Shown here: positions 47,174-56,859 of the stretch, one piece after another | Position numbering within the stretch: the first letter of the stretch is position 1 | How the letters are laid out: the number at the start of each line of letters is the position of its first letter | NCBI GenBank assembly: GCA_964406135.1 | Contig: CAYOQO010000001.1 | Coordinates: forward strand, 34,439 to 98,438 | From: an uncultured Pseudomonadota bacterium | Lineage (GTDB): Bacteria > Babelota > Babeliae > Babelales > Chromulinivoraceae | Direction of reading: 5' to 3' | DNA: 64,000 nt | Translations under genes and position numbers: made by a program | Notes under the pieces: model-generated | Told to the model about the DNA's origin: nothing | The model's input: only the letters and a program-made list of their open reading frames with translations | Database searches by the model: none

Positions 47174-47652
47174 TGATAGTTTTAGGCATTGATCCAAGTT
47201 TTACTGCAACGGGTTATGCCATCATGATACAACAAGGCAACAAACAACAACTGTTACATTTTGGTACTATTGCTTTACCTGCAAATCAAGAATTATCTGC
47301 GCGAATTGGTTTATTTCATGATTTTTTTCAAACTATTATTTTAAAATATCAGGTTACTCGAATTTCTTTAGAAACTCCTTTTTTAGGCAAAAATACACAA
47401 ACTTTTTTAAAACTTGGTTATCTGCGTGGTGTTGTTCATTTGCTTGTGCATCAACATAAACTTGAAATTGTTGAATTTTCGCCACGAGAAGTAAAATTGG
47501 CAGTTACGGGATTTGGTGGAGCAGACAAAGAACAAATTGCGCGCATGATTCAAATGCTTTTTCCTGGACTGGTGCAACAAAAATCGCATGATGTGACTGA
47601 TGCTATTGCAATTTCATTATGTGGATTGTGGCAAAAAAAATTAAAAACTTAA
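47173..47652 (+). CDS. ruvC: Holliday junction resolvase RuvC
   Basis: IVLGIDPSFTATGYAI (catalytic Asp), ...LETPF..., ...HDVTDAIAI. Its ATG overlaps the dnaB TAA. Confidence 0.9.
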   Translation: MIVLGIDPSFTATGYAIMIQQGNKQQLLHFGTIALPANQELSARIGLFHDFFQTIILKYQVTRISLETPFLGKNTQTFLKLGYLRGVVHLLVHQHKLEIVEFSPREVKLAVTGFGGADKEQIARMIQMLFPGLVQQKSHDVTDAIAISLCGLWQKKLKT

Positions 47653-49431
47653 TGATCCTGTTGCACCAACAGAATAAGTATTAATCGTTGCATTACCACC
47701 ACCAAGTGCAAATTCACCAGTTGCAATCAGTGAAAGATTTGGTGTAAATCGATATTCTTTCCAAGTGTATCCAAATTGGCTTGAAAGTTTTGCAGTCATC
47801 GCGCGTTGCGTTGCAGCACCTTGAACGTCAAGTGCTTGATTTAAATCTTGAGGGATACGATTTGAAGCATAGCGAGCGTCTTCAATTCCTGCAGGATATG
47901 GAGGAGTTGGAGCAATGTATGGTGGATTTGGTGGTGAAGGTAAAGGGTTTGTACCTCCAATAACACGAGGTAAAGATTTATTAATTGTTGCAAGTGGTTC
48001 ACAAAGATGAACGCTAATGACTGGATATACGGTAGGATCGCTTAAATAACCTCGTGAATCATCACTGACCTGACGACCTAAAACTGCATATTCATTTAAA
48101 ATTGCAGCATCAACGTGTAGTAAATGCACAGCATCAAGGTTTAAACTTTCACGACCACGGCACCAATATTCAGCGCCAACTGCAATATTCCAATTACGTT
48201 CATGAAAATCAAAAACGGCAGCGGCAGTTCCTTCAATATTAAATCGTGATATGACAGGAAGTGTGGTAATGTTTGCAGCTTGTGTGATGTAAGAAGGAAT
48301 TGCTCCAGTAGGATTGGTAGCTGTCGGCGTTGAAAGGAAATATTTTTGAATTAAAAGATATTTTGATCCTGGTCCGTTTTGTTTTAAATCAAAGGTACGA
48401 TAATTTGGTCGACGACCTGAACGAAGATGCATGACGTCACCTTTCAGCCAAAAATCAAGGCCACGATCTTTGCGAGCATCTTCCCAAATTTTATAATGTC
48501 CAGTAACTTCAGCTCCCACGCCCCAGTGTGCAGCATGACCAAAGACTGGTTCAAGAACGTGACGTCCTGTTGGCATATTGCCAGTCGGTGCTATAAATTT
48601 TGCTCCAAGGCTAAAAAAACCATTGTTGCTGTTATAAAAACTGTATCCAAAAGATGCACAAAGATCTGCAATACGAATTGCTACAAGACGATATGCAGAA
48701 AATCGAGCTTTATCAAGTGCGAATGGTTTATGAGTTCCTGATTGAATGATAATGTTGGTGCTGCTGGATAAAATTCCGGCTTGAAATGCTTCAGTAAGTG
48801 ATTTGTATTGATTTGCAATTGAAGGATATTGCAGCCAAATTTGTTCAGTTTCTAAATCGGCAGGAATATTAGCTGAGGCAACTTTTTCTGAAAGATTTGT
48901 TTGAATCGTCATAGCACCAATTGGAGCTCGGATGGTGCAATAAAATCCACGATTGTGATTATTGTGAGCAGCCTGAAATAATAAATCACAACCAACATGC
49001 ATGATATCAACATCCAAGGAGATGGTTCCTTGACTGCTCATTTCACCCATACCAAATTGGTAAGCATCAAGATCAGATTTTCCATTATTAGTTCCATAGG
49101 TCATCGTGTTAGTTCCAGACCAAAATGGCATTGATGCTATGTTTGCATTACACCCTTGACTGCATTGTCCACCAAAGTTGGTCATGTATTCTAAGGCAAA
49201 TGCAAATGTTTTTTTCCAGCCAAATTCATTGGGTTTATCTGCCATGTACATAGGTTTGATCATGTAAATTTCACGAATCGAAGAAGATGAAAATGCACGC
49301 ATATGAAAAAAGTTGCGGCTGTTTTTGCAATCAACAGGACATTCATTAACGACAGCTAAATCTTCACTAGCAAATAATGTAGTCGATGCTTGTAAGCTTA
49401 ATAATGAATATACAATTAACCATTTTTTCAT
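47641..49431 (-). CDS. Outer-membrane beta-barrel (porin/MOMP-like) protein, paralog A
   Basis: Signal peptide, Cys-containing N-terminus (NECPVDCKN), C-terminal ...GATGSLSF. Shares NRIPQDLN.ALD..GAA, FDLK.NG.GSKY.L.Q and ITTLPV with 56860-58737. Confidence 0.7.
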   Translation of the reverse strand: MKKWLIVYSLLSLQASTTLFASEDLAVVNECPVDCKNSRNFFHMRAFSSSSIREIYMIKPMYMADKPNEFGWKKTFAFALEYMTNFGGQCSQGCNANIASMPFWSGTNTMTYGTNNGKSDLDAYQFGMGEMSSQGTISLDVDIMHVGCDLLFQAAHNNHNRGFYCTIRAPIGAMTIQTNLSEKVASANIPADLETEQIWLQYPSIANQYKSLTEAFQAGILSSSTNIIIQSGTHKPFALDKARFSAYRLVAIRIADLCASFGYSFYNSNNGFFSLGAKFIAPTGNMPTGRHVLEPVFGHAAHWGVGAEVTGHYKIWEDARKDRGLDFWLKGDVMHLRSGRRPNYRTFDLKQNGPGSKYLLIQKYFLSTPTATNPTGAIPSYITQAANITTLPVISRFNIEGTAAAVFDFHERNWNIAVGAEYWCRGRESLNLDAVHLLHVDAAILNEYAVLGRQVSDDSRGYLSDPTVYPVISVHLCEPLATINKSLPRVIGGTNPLPSPPNPPYIAPTPPYPAGIEDARYASNRIPQDLNQALDVQGAATQRAMTAKLSSQFGYTWKEYRFTPNLSLIATGEFALGGGNATINTYSVGATGSLSF

Positions 49432-49654
49432 TTCAATTTCTCCTTCGTACTAAGGAAGATAAAATAAGAAAAAAAAATATGCAAACAAACAATTTTAAAC
49501 GGTTGAAAAGAATTATATATTTTATTATTTTTTTTGTGATGAAAAGCTTTAGGAGCAAAATTGAAAACATTTTCTTGACAACTTGGTCAAATATTTTTTA
49601 TTGTGCAATTGAAAGTGTCCTTATATATCCATCAAATAAAAATAGGAAGTATGT

Positions 49655-51412
49655 ATGACAAAAAATACAAATACTTATGCTTTACAAAAGTTGCTAAAAA
49701 ACAAAAAAAGTTTTTTAGCGCTTTGTTTCTTTGCAGCAACGAATTTAAGCATGAATCTGATAGCAGATGAAGAGTTGCACGAAGAAAAAATAGCAGAACA
49801 TAGAAAAGCAATGGGAGCAGCAACTCCAGGATCGAGTGCTGTAACTGGTGGATCAAATGTTTTGGCATCAAGTTCATCGCATGGTCATAGTTTATATTTT
49901 CCAGGGTACGTTGTGCCTGCAAATAATTTTGGATATGCAGGATCAACAGCAACTTTGGTAGTTCCTATCACAGATTCTCCAGCAAGAACAATTTTAGTAT
50001 CACCTGCAAGTTCTGCACCTGTAGCTGTAACATCTGCAGCTGTGGATAATGCTGGATTTGGTTATAATGTTTTTAATGCGTTAATTTCAGGCACGCAAAA
50101 CGTTGCGGTTGGTTCTACAGCATTGGATGCTGCAACAACTGGTTCAAATAACGTTGCTGCTGGTTATAGTGCTTTAGGTGCTGTCACAACTGGAGCGCAA
50201 AACGTTGCTGTTGGTACAAGTGCTGGTGGCGCAATTTTAACAACATCAGATTCAACAGCGGTTGGATATCAAGCGTTACTTTTAAACACTGGTGCGCAAA
50301 ACACTGCAGTTGGTTCTGGAGCACTTGATGCAAACGTTGCAGGAACTCCAAACGTTGCAGTTGGTTATAATGCACTTGGTGCAAACGTTTCGGGTAACAA
50401 TAACGTTGCCGTTGGTGCTAGTGCTGGTTTAACTTTGCTTACGAATCAAAATACTGTAGTTGGTGCTAGTGCTTTAGCTGCAGCAAGTGGTGCAAATAGT
50501 ACAGCAGTTGGTTATAATGCGTTAAATGCTAATACTGCTGCAAATATGACAGCAGTTGGTTCTGGTGCTTTAGCTGCAAATATTGGTGGAACTCCGAATA
50601 CAGCAGTTGGTTATAATGCTTTAACTACAAATACAACTGGTGCAAATAACGTTGCATTAGGCTCTACAGCTTTAACTTTAAATTTATCAGGTGCTCGTAA
50701 TGCTGCTGTTGGTACAGCTTCATTGGCAACTAACTCAACAGGTGTTGATAATACAGCTGTTGGTTATAATGCTTTGAATGCTTCAACAAGTGCAACAGGA
50801 AACAATTCTGGCTTTGGTAGTGGTGCTGGTGCATTAACTACAGGAGCAAATAATACGTATCTTGGTTTTAGCGCTGGATCTGCAATGACAACTGGTAATA
50901 ATAACATCATGATTGGTTCGGGAACAACATTCCAAGGTGCTGATTCTATTACAAGCTCAAACGTAATTGTTATTCGTGGTAGCACAGAGCAAACAAAAAC
51001 ATATATTGGTGGAATTCGTGGAAGAACAACAGATGCGGCAGATGCGATAGCTGTTTTAGTTTCATCAACAGGACAGTTAGGAACAGTGTCTTCATCAAAA
51101 AGATTTAAAGAAAACATTGTACCAGTTGATCAAGCAACTGCAGAAAAATTAGCAGATCTTAATATTGTTACTTTTACCTACATCAGTGATAAATCTGGTA
51201 GAGTTCAATACGGAGCAATTGCTGAAGAAGTATTTGAAATATTCCCAGAATTAATTGTATATAATAAAGATGGTGAAATTGAGACTATTCAATATCATCA
51301 CTTTGTTCCATTGTTAATTAAATATGCTCAAGTACAAAATGCTGAAATTAAATCACTTAAAGCTGTAGTTGCAGCTTTAATGAAACGAATTGAAGCTTTA
51401 GAAAATAAATAA
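49655..51412 (+). CDS. Secreted repeat fibre protein 1 with a C-terminal tail-fibre-type intramolecular chaperone (peptidase S74-like) module
   Basis: Signal peptide ending NLIA/DEE. Conserved N-module (EEKIAEHRKAMGAATPGSS...YFPGYVVPANNFGYAGSTATLVVPIT). About 20 repeats of N-(T/V)-A-V-G-x-x-A-L-x-x-N-x-x-G. C-terminus SSKRFKENIVP...YGAIAEEV...PELI...IQYHHFVPLLIKY plus a coiled coil. Confidence 0.8.
   Translation: MTKNTNTYALQKLLKNKKSFLALCFFAATNLSMNLIADEELHEEKIAEHRKAMGAATPGSSAVTGGSNVLASSSSHGHSLYFPGYVVPANNFGYAGSTATLVVPITDSPARTILVSPASSAPVAVTSAAVDNAGFGYNVFNALISGTQNVAVGSTALDAATTGSNNVAAGYSALGAVTTGAQNVAVGTSAGGAILTTSDSTAVGYQALLLNTGAQNTAVGSGALDANVAGTPNVAVGYNALGANVSGNNNVAVGASAGLTLLTNQNTVVGASALAAASGANSTAVGYNALNANTAANMTAVGSGALAANIGGTPNTAVGYNALTTNTTGANNVALGSTALTLNLSGARNAAVGTASLATNSTGVDNTAVGYNALNASTSATGNNSGFGSGAGALTTGANNTYLGFSAGSAMTTGNNNIMIGSGTTFQGADSITSSNVIVIRGSTEQTKTYIGGIRGRTTDAADAIAVLVSSTGQLGTVSSSKRFKENIVPVDQATAEKLADLNIVTFTYISDKSGRVQYGAIAEEVFEIFPELIVYNKDGEIETIQYHHFVPLLIKYAQVQNAEIKSLKAVVAALMKRIEALENK
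51092..51409 (+). other. S74-like intramolecular chaperone/autocleavage module of fibre 1
   Basis: S-S-K-R-F-K fits the S-x-x-R-x-K Ser/Lys dyad spacing of endosialidase and tail-fibre C-terminal chaperone domains. About 96% nt identity to 53314-53580. Confidence 0.65.
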
Positions 51413-51432
51413 AATTATTTAATGTAATTTTA

Positions 51433-51472
51433 AAAGAAATGATGTCACTATACGTGGCATCATTTCTTTTTT
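51433..51472 (+). terminator. Rho-independent terminator after fibre 1
   Basis: AAAGAAATGATGTCAC-TATAC-GTGGCATCATTTCTTT then TTT. The T-run overlaps a TTGACA hexamer. Confidence 0.75.
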
Positions 51473-51537
51473 GACAAAGTTATAGAAATAAAGAAATATG
51501 ATTCGTATATAATTTTATCCCAAAAAAAGGAGAATAA

Positions 51538-53655
51538 ATGGGAAAAACTTTACAGTTATTTATTTTTTTAAGCACAAGTTTATTTGTTTCAACAAATCTG
51601 GTAGCAGATGAAAATTTTGATGAAGAAAAAATAGCAGAACATAGAAAAGCGATGGGTGCAGCAACTCCAGGATCAAGTGCTGTAACAGGCGGATCAAATG
51701 TTTTGGCGTCAAGCTCATCTCATGGTCATAGTTTATATTTTCCAGGTTATGTAGTTCCTGCAAATAATTTTGGATATGCAGGATCAACAGCAACTTTAGT
51801 AGTTCCTATTACCAGCTCACCAGCAAGAACAATTTTAGTTTCGCCATCAGCTTCAGCGCCTGCAGCAGTAACATCATCTGCTGTTGACAATACTGGTTAT
51901 GGTTACAATGTTTTTAATGCTTTAACATCAGGAACTCAAAACGTTGCTGTTGGATCAACTTCTTTTGGCCTTGCAACAACTGCAATAGATTGTGTTGCTG
52001 TTGGATATGGTTCTTTGGGCTCAGTGACAACTGGCGGTAATAATACTGCAGTTGGTTCTGGCGCTGGAGGTGCAATTTCAACAACTGCAAATTCAACAGC
52101 TGTTGGATATCAAGCATTGCTTTTAAATACAGGTGCACAAAATACTGCAGTAGGCTCTGGTGCTCTTGATGCAAATACATCAGGAACTCCAAACGTTGCT
52201 GTTGGTTATAATGCGCTTGGTGCAAACGTGACAGGTGGTAATAACGTTGCTGTTGGTGCAAATGCTGCTGCTGCAACAACGACTGGTAATAATACTGCTG
52301 TTGGTTCAAGTGCAATGGTACTCAACACTTCAGGATTTCCAAACGTTGCAGTTGGTTATAATGCTTTAAGCTCAAACTTAACAGGTGGTAATAACGTTGC
52401 TGTTGGGCCAAGTGCTGCAGCTGCGGTATTGACAGGAAGTAACACTGCAGTTGGTTCATCAGCTTTAGCTGCAGCATCAGGTGCAAATGCTGTTGCGGTT
52501 GGTTATCAAGCTTTACTTGTTAATACAGGGGCACAGAATACAGCCGTTGGTTCAAATGCTTTGGATGCAAATACGTCAGGAACTCCAAACACTGCTGTAG
52601 GTTATAATGCTTTAGGAACTAATATTTCTGGAAATAATAACACAGCTGTTGGTGCAAGTGCTGGAGCTCTGTTGTTAACGAGTGGCAATACTGCAGTTGG
52701 AACAAATGCTTTGGCTGCTGTAAGCGGCGCAAACTGTACCGCGGTTGGTTATAATGCTTTGCAATCTAACACTGCCGTTCAAAATACTGCGGTAGGTACT
52801 GGAGCAATTGCAAACGGTGCAAGTGGTTCAGATACAACAGCTATTGGATATAATGCATTACTTGTTAATGCTGCAGCTTTTAATACTGCAATTGGTTCAG
52901 TATGTATGGATGCAAATACTTCAGGTAATCAAAATACATCAATTGGTTATAATTCAATGGGAACAAATATTTCAGGTAACGATTCTGTAGCTGTTGGTGC
53001 AAATTCACTTCGCGATTCAACCGCAAGTCAAAACGTTGCGGTTGGTTCTGGTGCAGGACTTATAACAACTGGTACTAATAATACCTATGTTGGGTATAGT
53101 GCTGGTTCTGCAATGAGTACAGGAAACAATAATGTTATGCTTGGAGCAAGTGCGACTTTCTTGGGTTCTGATTCTGCAACATCATCAAACTTGATTGTGA
53201 TTGGAAATACATCTTCAACAAAAGCCTATATTAGAGGTGTGAGTGGTGTTACAACAGATGCAGCAGCTGTAGCAGTTTTAGTTTCTTCAACAGGACAACT
53301 TGGTACAGTTTCATCATCAAAAAGATTTAAAGAAAATATTGTACCAGTTGATCAAGTAACTGCAGAAAAATTAGCAGATCTTAATATTGTTACTTTTACC
53401 TACATCAGTGATAAATCTGGTAGAGTTCAATACGGAGCAATTGCTGAAGAAGTATTTGAAATATTTCCAGAATTGATTGTGTATAATAAAGATGGTGAAA
53501 TTGAAACTATCCAATATCATCACTTTGTTCCACTTTTAATTAAATATGCTCAAGTTCAAAATGCTGAAATTAAATCACTTAAAGCTCAAGCGCAAACATT
53601 TCAATCAGTGGTTGCAGCTTTAATAAAACGAATTGAAGCTTTAGAAAATAAATAA
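51538..53655 (+). CDS. Secreted repeat fibre protein 2 with an S74-like C-terminal chaperone module
   Basis: Same N-module and C-module as fibre 1, with about 28 N-x-A-V-G repeats. AAAGGAG SD. Confidence 0.8.
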   Translation: MGKTLQLFIFLSTSLFVSTNLVADENFDEEKIAEHRKAMGAATPGSSAVTGGSNVLASSSSHGHSLYFPGYVVPANNFGYAGSTATLVVPITSSPARTILVSPSASAPAAVTSSAVDNTGYGYNVFNALTSGTQNVAVGSTSFGLATTAIDCVAVGYGSLGSVTTGGNNTAVGSGAGGAISTTANSTAVGYQALLLNTGAQNTAVGSGALDANTSGTPNVAVGYNALGANVTGGNNVAVGANAAAATTTGNNTAVGSSAMVLNTSGFPNVAVGYNALSSNLTGGNNVAVGPSAAAAVLTGSNTAVGSSALAAASGANAVAVGYQALLVNTGAQNTAVGSNALDANTSGTPNTAVGYNALGTNISGNNNTAVGASAGALLLTSGNTAVGTNALAAVSGANCTAVGYNALQSNTAVQNTAVGTGAIANGASGSDTTAIGYNALLVNAAAFNTAIGSVCMDANTSGNQNTSIGYNSMGTNISGNDSVAVGANSLRDSTASQNVAVGSGAGLITTGTNNTYVGYSAGSAMSTGNNNVMLGASATFLGSDSATSSNLIVIGNTSSTKAYIRGVSGVTTDAAAVAVLVSSTGQLGTVSSSKRFKENIVPVDQVTAEKLADLNIVTFTYISDKSGRVQYGAIAEEVFEIFPELIVYNKDGEIETIQYHHFVPLLIKYAQVQNAEIKSLKAQAQTFQSVVAALIKRIEALENK
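53314..53652 (+). other. S74-like intramolecular chaperone/autocleavage module of fibre 2
   Basis: SSKRFKENIVPVDQVTAEKLADLNIVTFTYISDKSGRVQYGAIAEEVFEIFPELIVYNKDGEIETIQYHHFVPLLIKY... with a 7-aa insertion (QAQTFQS) in the terminal coiled coil. Confidence 0.65.
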
Positions 53656-53676
53656 AATTATTTAATGTAATTTTAA

Positions 53677-53713
53677 AAAGAAAAGGTGTCAAAAAAGACA
53701 CCTTTTCTTTTTT
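53677..53713 (+). terminator. Rho-independent terminator after fibre 2
   Basis: AAAGAAAAGGTGTC-AAAAAA-GACACCTTTTCTTT then TTT, followed by TTGACA as after fibre 1. Confidence 0.75.
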
Positions 53714-53779
53714 GACAAAGTTTTAGAAATGAAGAAATATTGATTTATATTATTTTATAACCCTAAAAAAGGAGTTTTT

Positions 53780-56700
53780 ATGGGGCAAATCAAAAAAATT
53801 TTTATTATTGTTTTTCTTGCCGTAACAAATTTAGGATTTACGAATCTGAGAGCAGATCAAAATCTTGATGATGAAAAAATAGCAGAACATAGAAAAGCAA
53901 TGGGTACGGCAACTCCATTTTCAAGCTCTATGACCGGTGGATCAAATATTTTAGCGTCAAGCGCATCTAATGGTCATGGATTTATCTTACCAGGGTACGT
54001 TGTGCCTGCAAATAATTTTGGATATGCAGGATCAACAGCAACTTTGGTAGTTCCTATCACAGATTCTCCAGCAAGAACAATTTTAGTATCACCTGCAAGT
54101 TCTGCACCTGCAGCTGTAACATCATCAGCTGCGGATAATGCTGGATTTGGTTATAACGCATTTAATGCGTTAACTTCAGGTATTCAAAACGTTGCGGTTG
54201 GTTCAACAGCATTGGATGCTGCAACAACTGGATCAAATAACGTTGCTGTTGGTTACAGTGCTTTAGGTGCAGTAACTACTGGTGCTCAAAACGTTGGTGT
54301 TGGTACAAGTGCTGGTGGCGCAATTACGACAGCTTCAAATTCAACAGCAGTCGGATATAATGCATTGCTTGTCAATACTGGATCTCAAAACACAGCAGTT
54401 GGTTCAACAGCATTAGATGCAAACGTTGGAGGAATTCAAAATATTGCTGTTGGTTATAATTCTTTAGGTGCAAATATTTCTGGAAATCAAAATGTTGCAA
54501 TTGGTGTTGGTGCTGGATCTACAAGTACCACAGCTTCAAGTGTTACAGCAATTGGAGCATCAACCTTATCATTAAACACAAGTGGTCAAAATACTGCAGT
54601 TGGTGCAATTGCTTTAGCTTCAAACGCTGGAGGGACACCAAACACAGCTGTTGGGTATAATGCCTTAGGTAATAATTCCACAGGAAATCATAACACGGCA
54701 GTTGGTGCAAATGCTGGAAATTTAGTATTAACATCAAATAATACGGTTGTTGGTTCAAGTGCTTTAGCTGCAGCATCGGGTGCAGATTCTACAGCTGTTG
54801 GATATAGTGCATTATTGAATAACACTGCAGCTAATAATACAGCAGTTGGTTCTGGTGCTCTTGATGCAAACATTGGCTGAACTCCAAACACGGCGGTTGG
54901 TAAAGATGCACTTGGAGCAAATACAACAGGGAATCAACATACTGCTGTTGGATATCAATCTTTAGCAACCAATACTGGTGGAAATGATTGTACAGCTATT
55001 GGATTTCAAGCATTAAATTTAAGTACAGCATCAAATAATACTGCAGTTGGTTCAAGTGCATTGACCAATAATAGTTCAGGAACTCAAAATACTGCAGTGG
55101 GTAAAACAGCATTGGCTGCAGTGACAACAACCAATGATAGTACAGCTGTTGGATATAATGCTTTAGTGTTAAATACTGCTGCACAAAGTACTGCAGTTGG
55201 CTCACAAGCTTTAGCTGCAAATACGAGTGGTGCTGGAAATACAGCTGTTGGATTTCAAACATTAAATTTAAATCAAACTGGAGGTGCAAATACAGCTGTT
55301 GGTATTCAAGCTTTATTAAACAATACTGGCAATAATAACACAGCTTGTGGAGCTTCAGCGCTTCTTGGAAATACCTCTGCTGCAAATAATACCGCAGTTG
55401 GTAAAGCTGCAATGCAATCAAATTCAACAGGCGCTGATTGTACTGCAATTGGGTATAATGCTTTAAATGTAAGTACTGCATCTTTTAATACTGCAGTTGG
55501 ATCAATTGCATTAGATGCAAATACAACAGGAAATCAGAATGTATCTGTTGGATATAATTCAATGGGAACAAATATTTCTGGTAATGATTGTGTTGCGGTT
55601 GGTGCAAACTCACTTCGTGATTCAACAGCGAGCCAAAACGTAGCAATTGGTTCTGGTGCAGGACTTGTTACAACAGGTACAAATAATACATATCTTGGAT
55701 ATGCTGCTGGTACTGGCGCAACGACAGGTTCAAATAATGTAATTATTGGTGCTTCATCTGTACCATCTTCGACTACAATTTCTAATCAAACGGTTCTTGG
55801 AAATTCATCAACAACGACAGCCTATTTATTTGGTATTCCTGGTGCAATTGCATCATCAAATTTAGTTACGACGACTGGTACTTCAACAGGACAGTTAGGA
55901 ACTATTCCTTCAACAGCAAACAGTGGTATTCCATTAATTGCACAAGGAAATGGAGTAAGTCCTGTTTATGGAACAGCGCTGGTTGCTGGTGGTGGAACAG
56001 GAGTGACATCATTTGGACAAAACAATTCATTAATCTTGAGTGGTACATCAGGTACTGGAGCATTGCAACAAGTGACAGGTGGAACATCAAATACTGTTTT
56101 AGCTGCTGCAGGTGCTGCAACAGTTCCAACATTTAAAACACTTTCTGCTAACATGCAAATATTTACGGCAAATGGAACATACACACCAACAGCAGGGATG
56201 GTTTATTGCGATGTTGAATGTTTGGGTGCTGGTGGTGGTGCAGGTGGTTGCAGTGCTGTAAACTTTTCTGTCTCAGGAGGTGCTGGATCTGGTGCTTACA
56301 GCAGAAAATGTTTCTCTGCTGCAACGATAGGTGCATCACAAACTATTGTGATTGGTACTGGAGGATCAGGTGGTATTGGTGCTGCTGATGGTACTGATGG
56401 CGGAGCTACAACCTTTGGTGGAACATTATTGACTGCTGCTGGTGGTGGTCGTTCGTTAGCAAATTCATCAATTGGAGGAGCTATTGCTGCAGCTGCAGTT
56501 ATTGCAAATGCTATTTGTATTCCTGGAAGACATGGTGGTCCATCATTAACTCCTACAATTGCTGCAATTGGAACATCGGGAGCAGGTGCTGATAGTCCTT
56601 ATGGTACTGGTGGTTATGCACAATTATTTTTCATTGCAACGCCAACATCGGCCTTTGATGGAGTTGCAGCTTCAGGATATGGAGCTGGTGGTGGTGGAGC

Positions 56701-56785
56701 TTCAGTAGGAACTGGTGGTCTTGTGAAAAATGGCGGTTCAGGAACTTCAGGACTTGTCATTATTACAGAATACATTCTTTCGTAA
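53780..56785 (+). pseudogene. Fibre gene 3: a single 1002-codon frame interrupted by one in-frame TGA (54878-54880). The distal domain differs (Gly-rich, no S74 module)
   Basis: ORF-track pieces 53780-54880 and 55061-56785 are in the same frame, and no other stop lies between 54881 and 55060. The downstream piece has no SD or ATG (TTG only). The TGA sits where the paralog has GGA (ANIG-G-TPNTAVG). Confidence 0.75.
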
Positions 56786-56802
56786 AAAGTTTTTATTACG
56801 TA

Positions 56803-56840
56803 AAAAGAGAGCTGCAGAATTTCTGCAGCTCTCTTTTTTT
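56803..56840. terminator. Strong bidirectional terminator between fibre 3 and OMP paralog B
   Basis: AAAAGAGAGCTGCAG-AATTT-CTGCAGCTCTCTTTT then TTT. Confidence 0.85.
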
Positions 56841-56859
56841 ATAGATATCAAATCTAAAA

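Noticed and set aside
54878-54880. Genome-wide UGA reassignment (code 4 Trp or code 25 Gly) as the explanation for the in-frame TGA
   Set aside because: TGA ends conserved genes at their expected C-termini elsewhere in the window: the oxidoreductase at 9054-9056, lnt at 45205-45207, and the giant ORF at 33459-33461, which is immediately followed by TAA. None of the other conserved genes contains an internal TGA.
50184-55481. Multiple long minus-strand ORFs inside the fibre genes (for example 51914-52315, 54996-55481 and 50764-51117), translating to Q/L/H-rich proteins
   Set aside because: They are antisense shadows of the GC-balanced, stop-poor N-x-A-V-G repeat coding sequence. They have no SD, a low-complexity composition, and full overlap with far better supported plus-strand genes.
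49655-56785. The periodic 45-51-nt repeats could be mistaken for a CRISPR array or a non-coding satellite
   Set aside because: The repeats are imperfect and in frame, encode a consistent peptide motif inside long ORFs, and have no unique spacers between invariant repeats. No cas genes are present.
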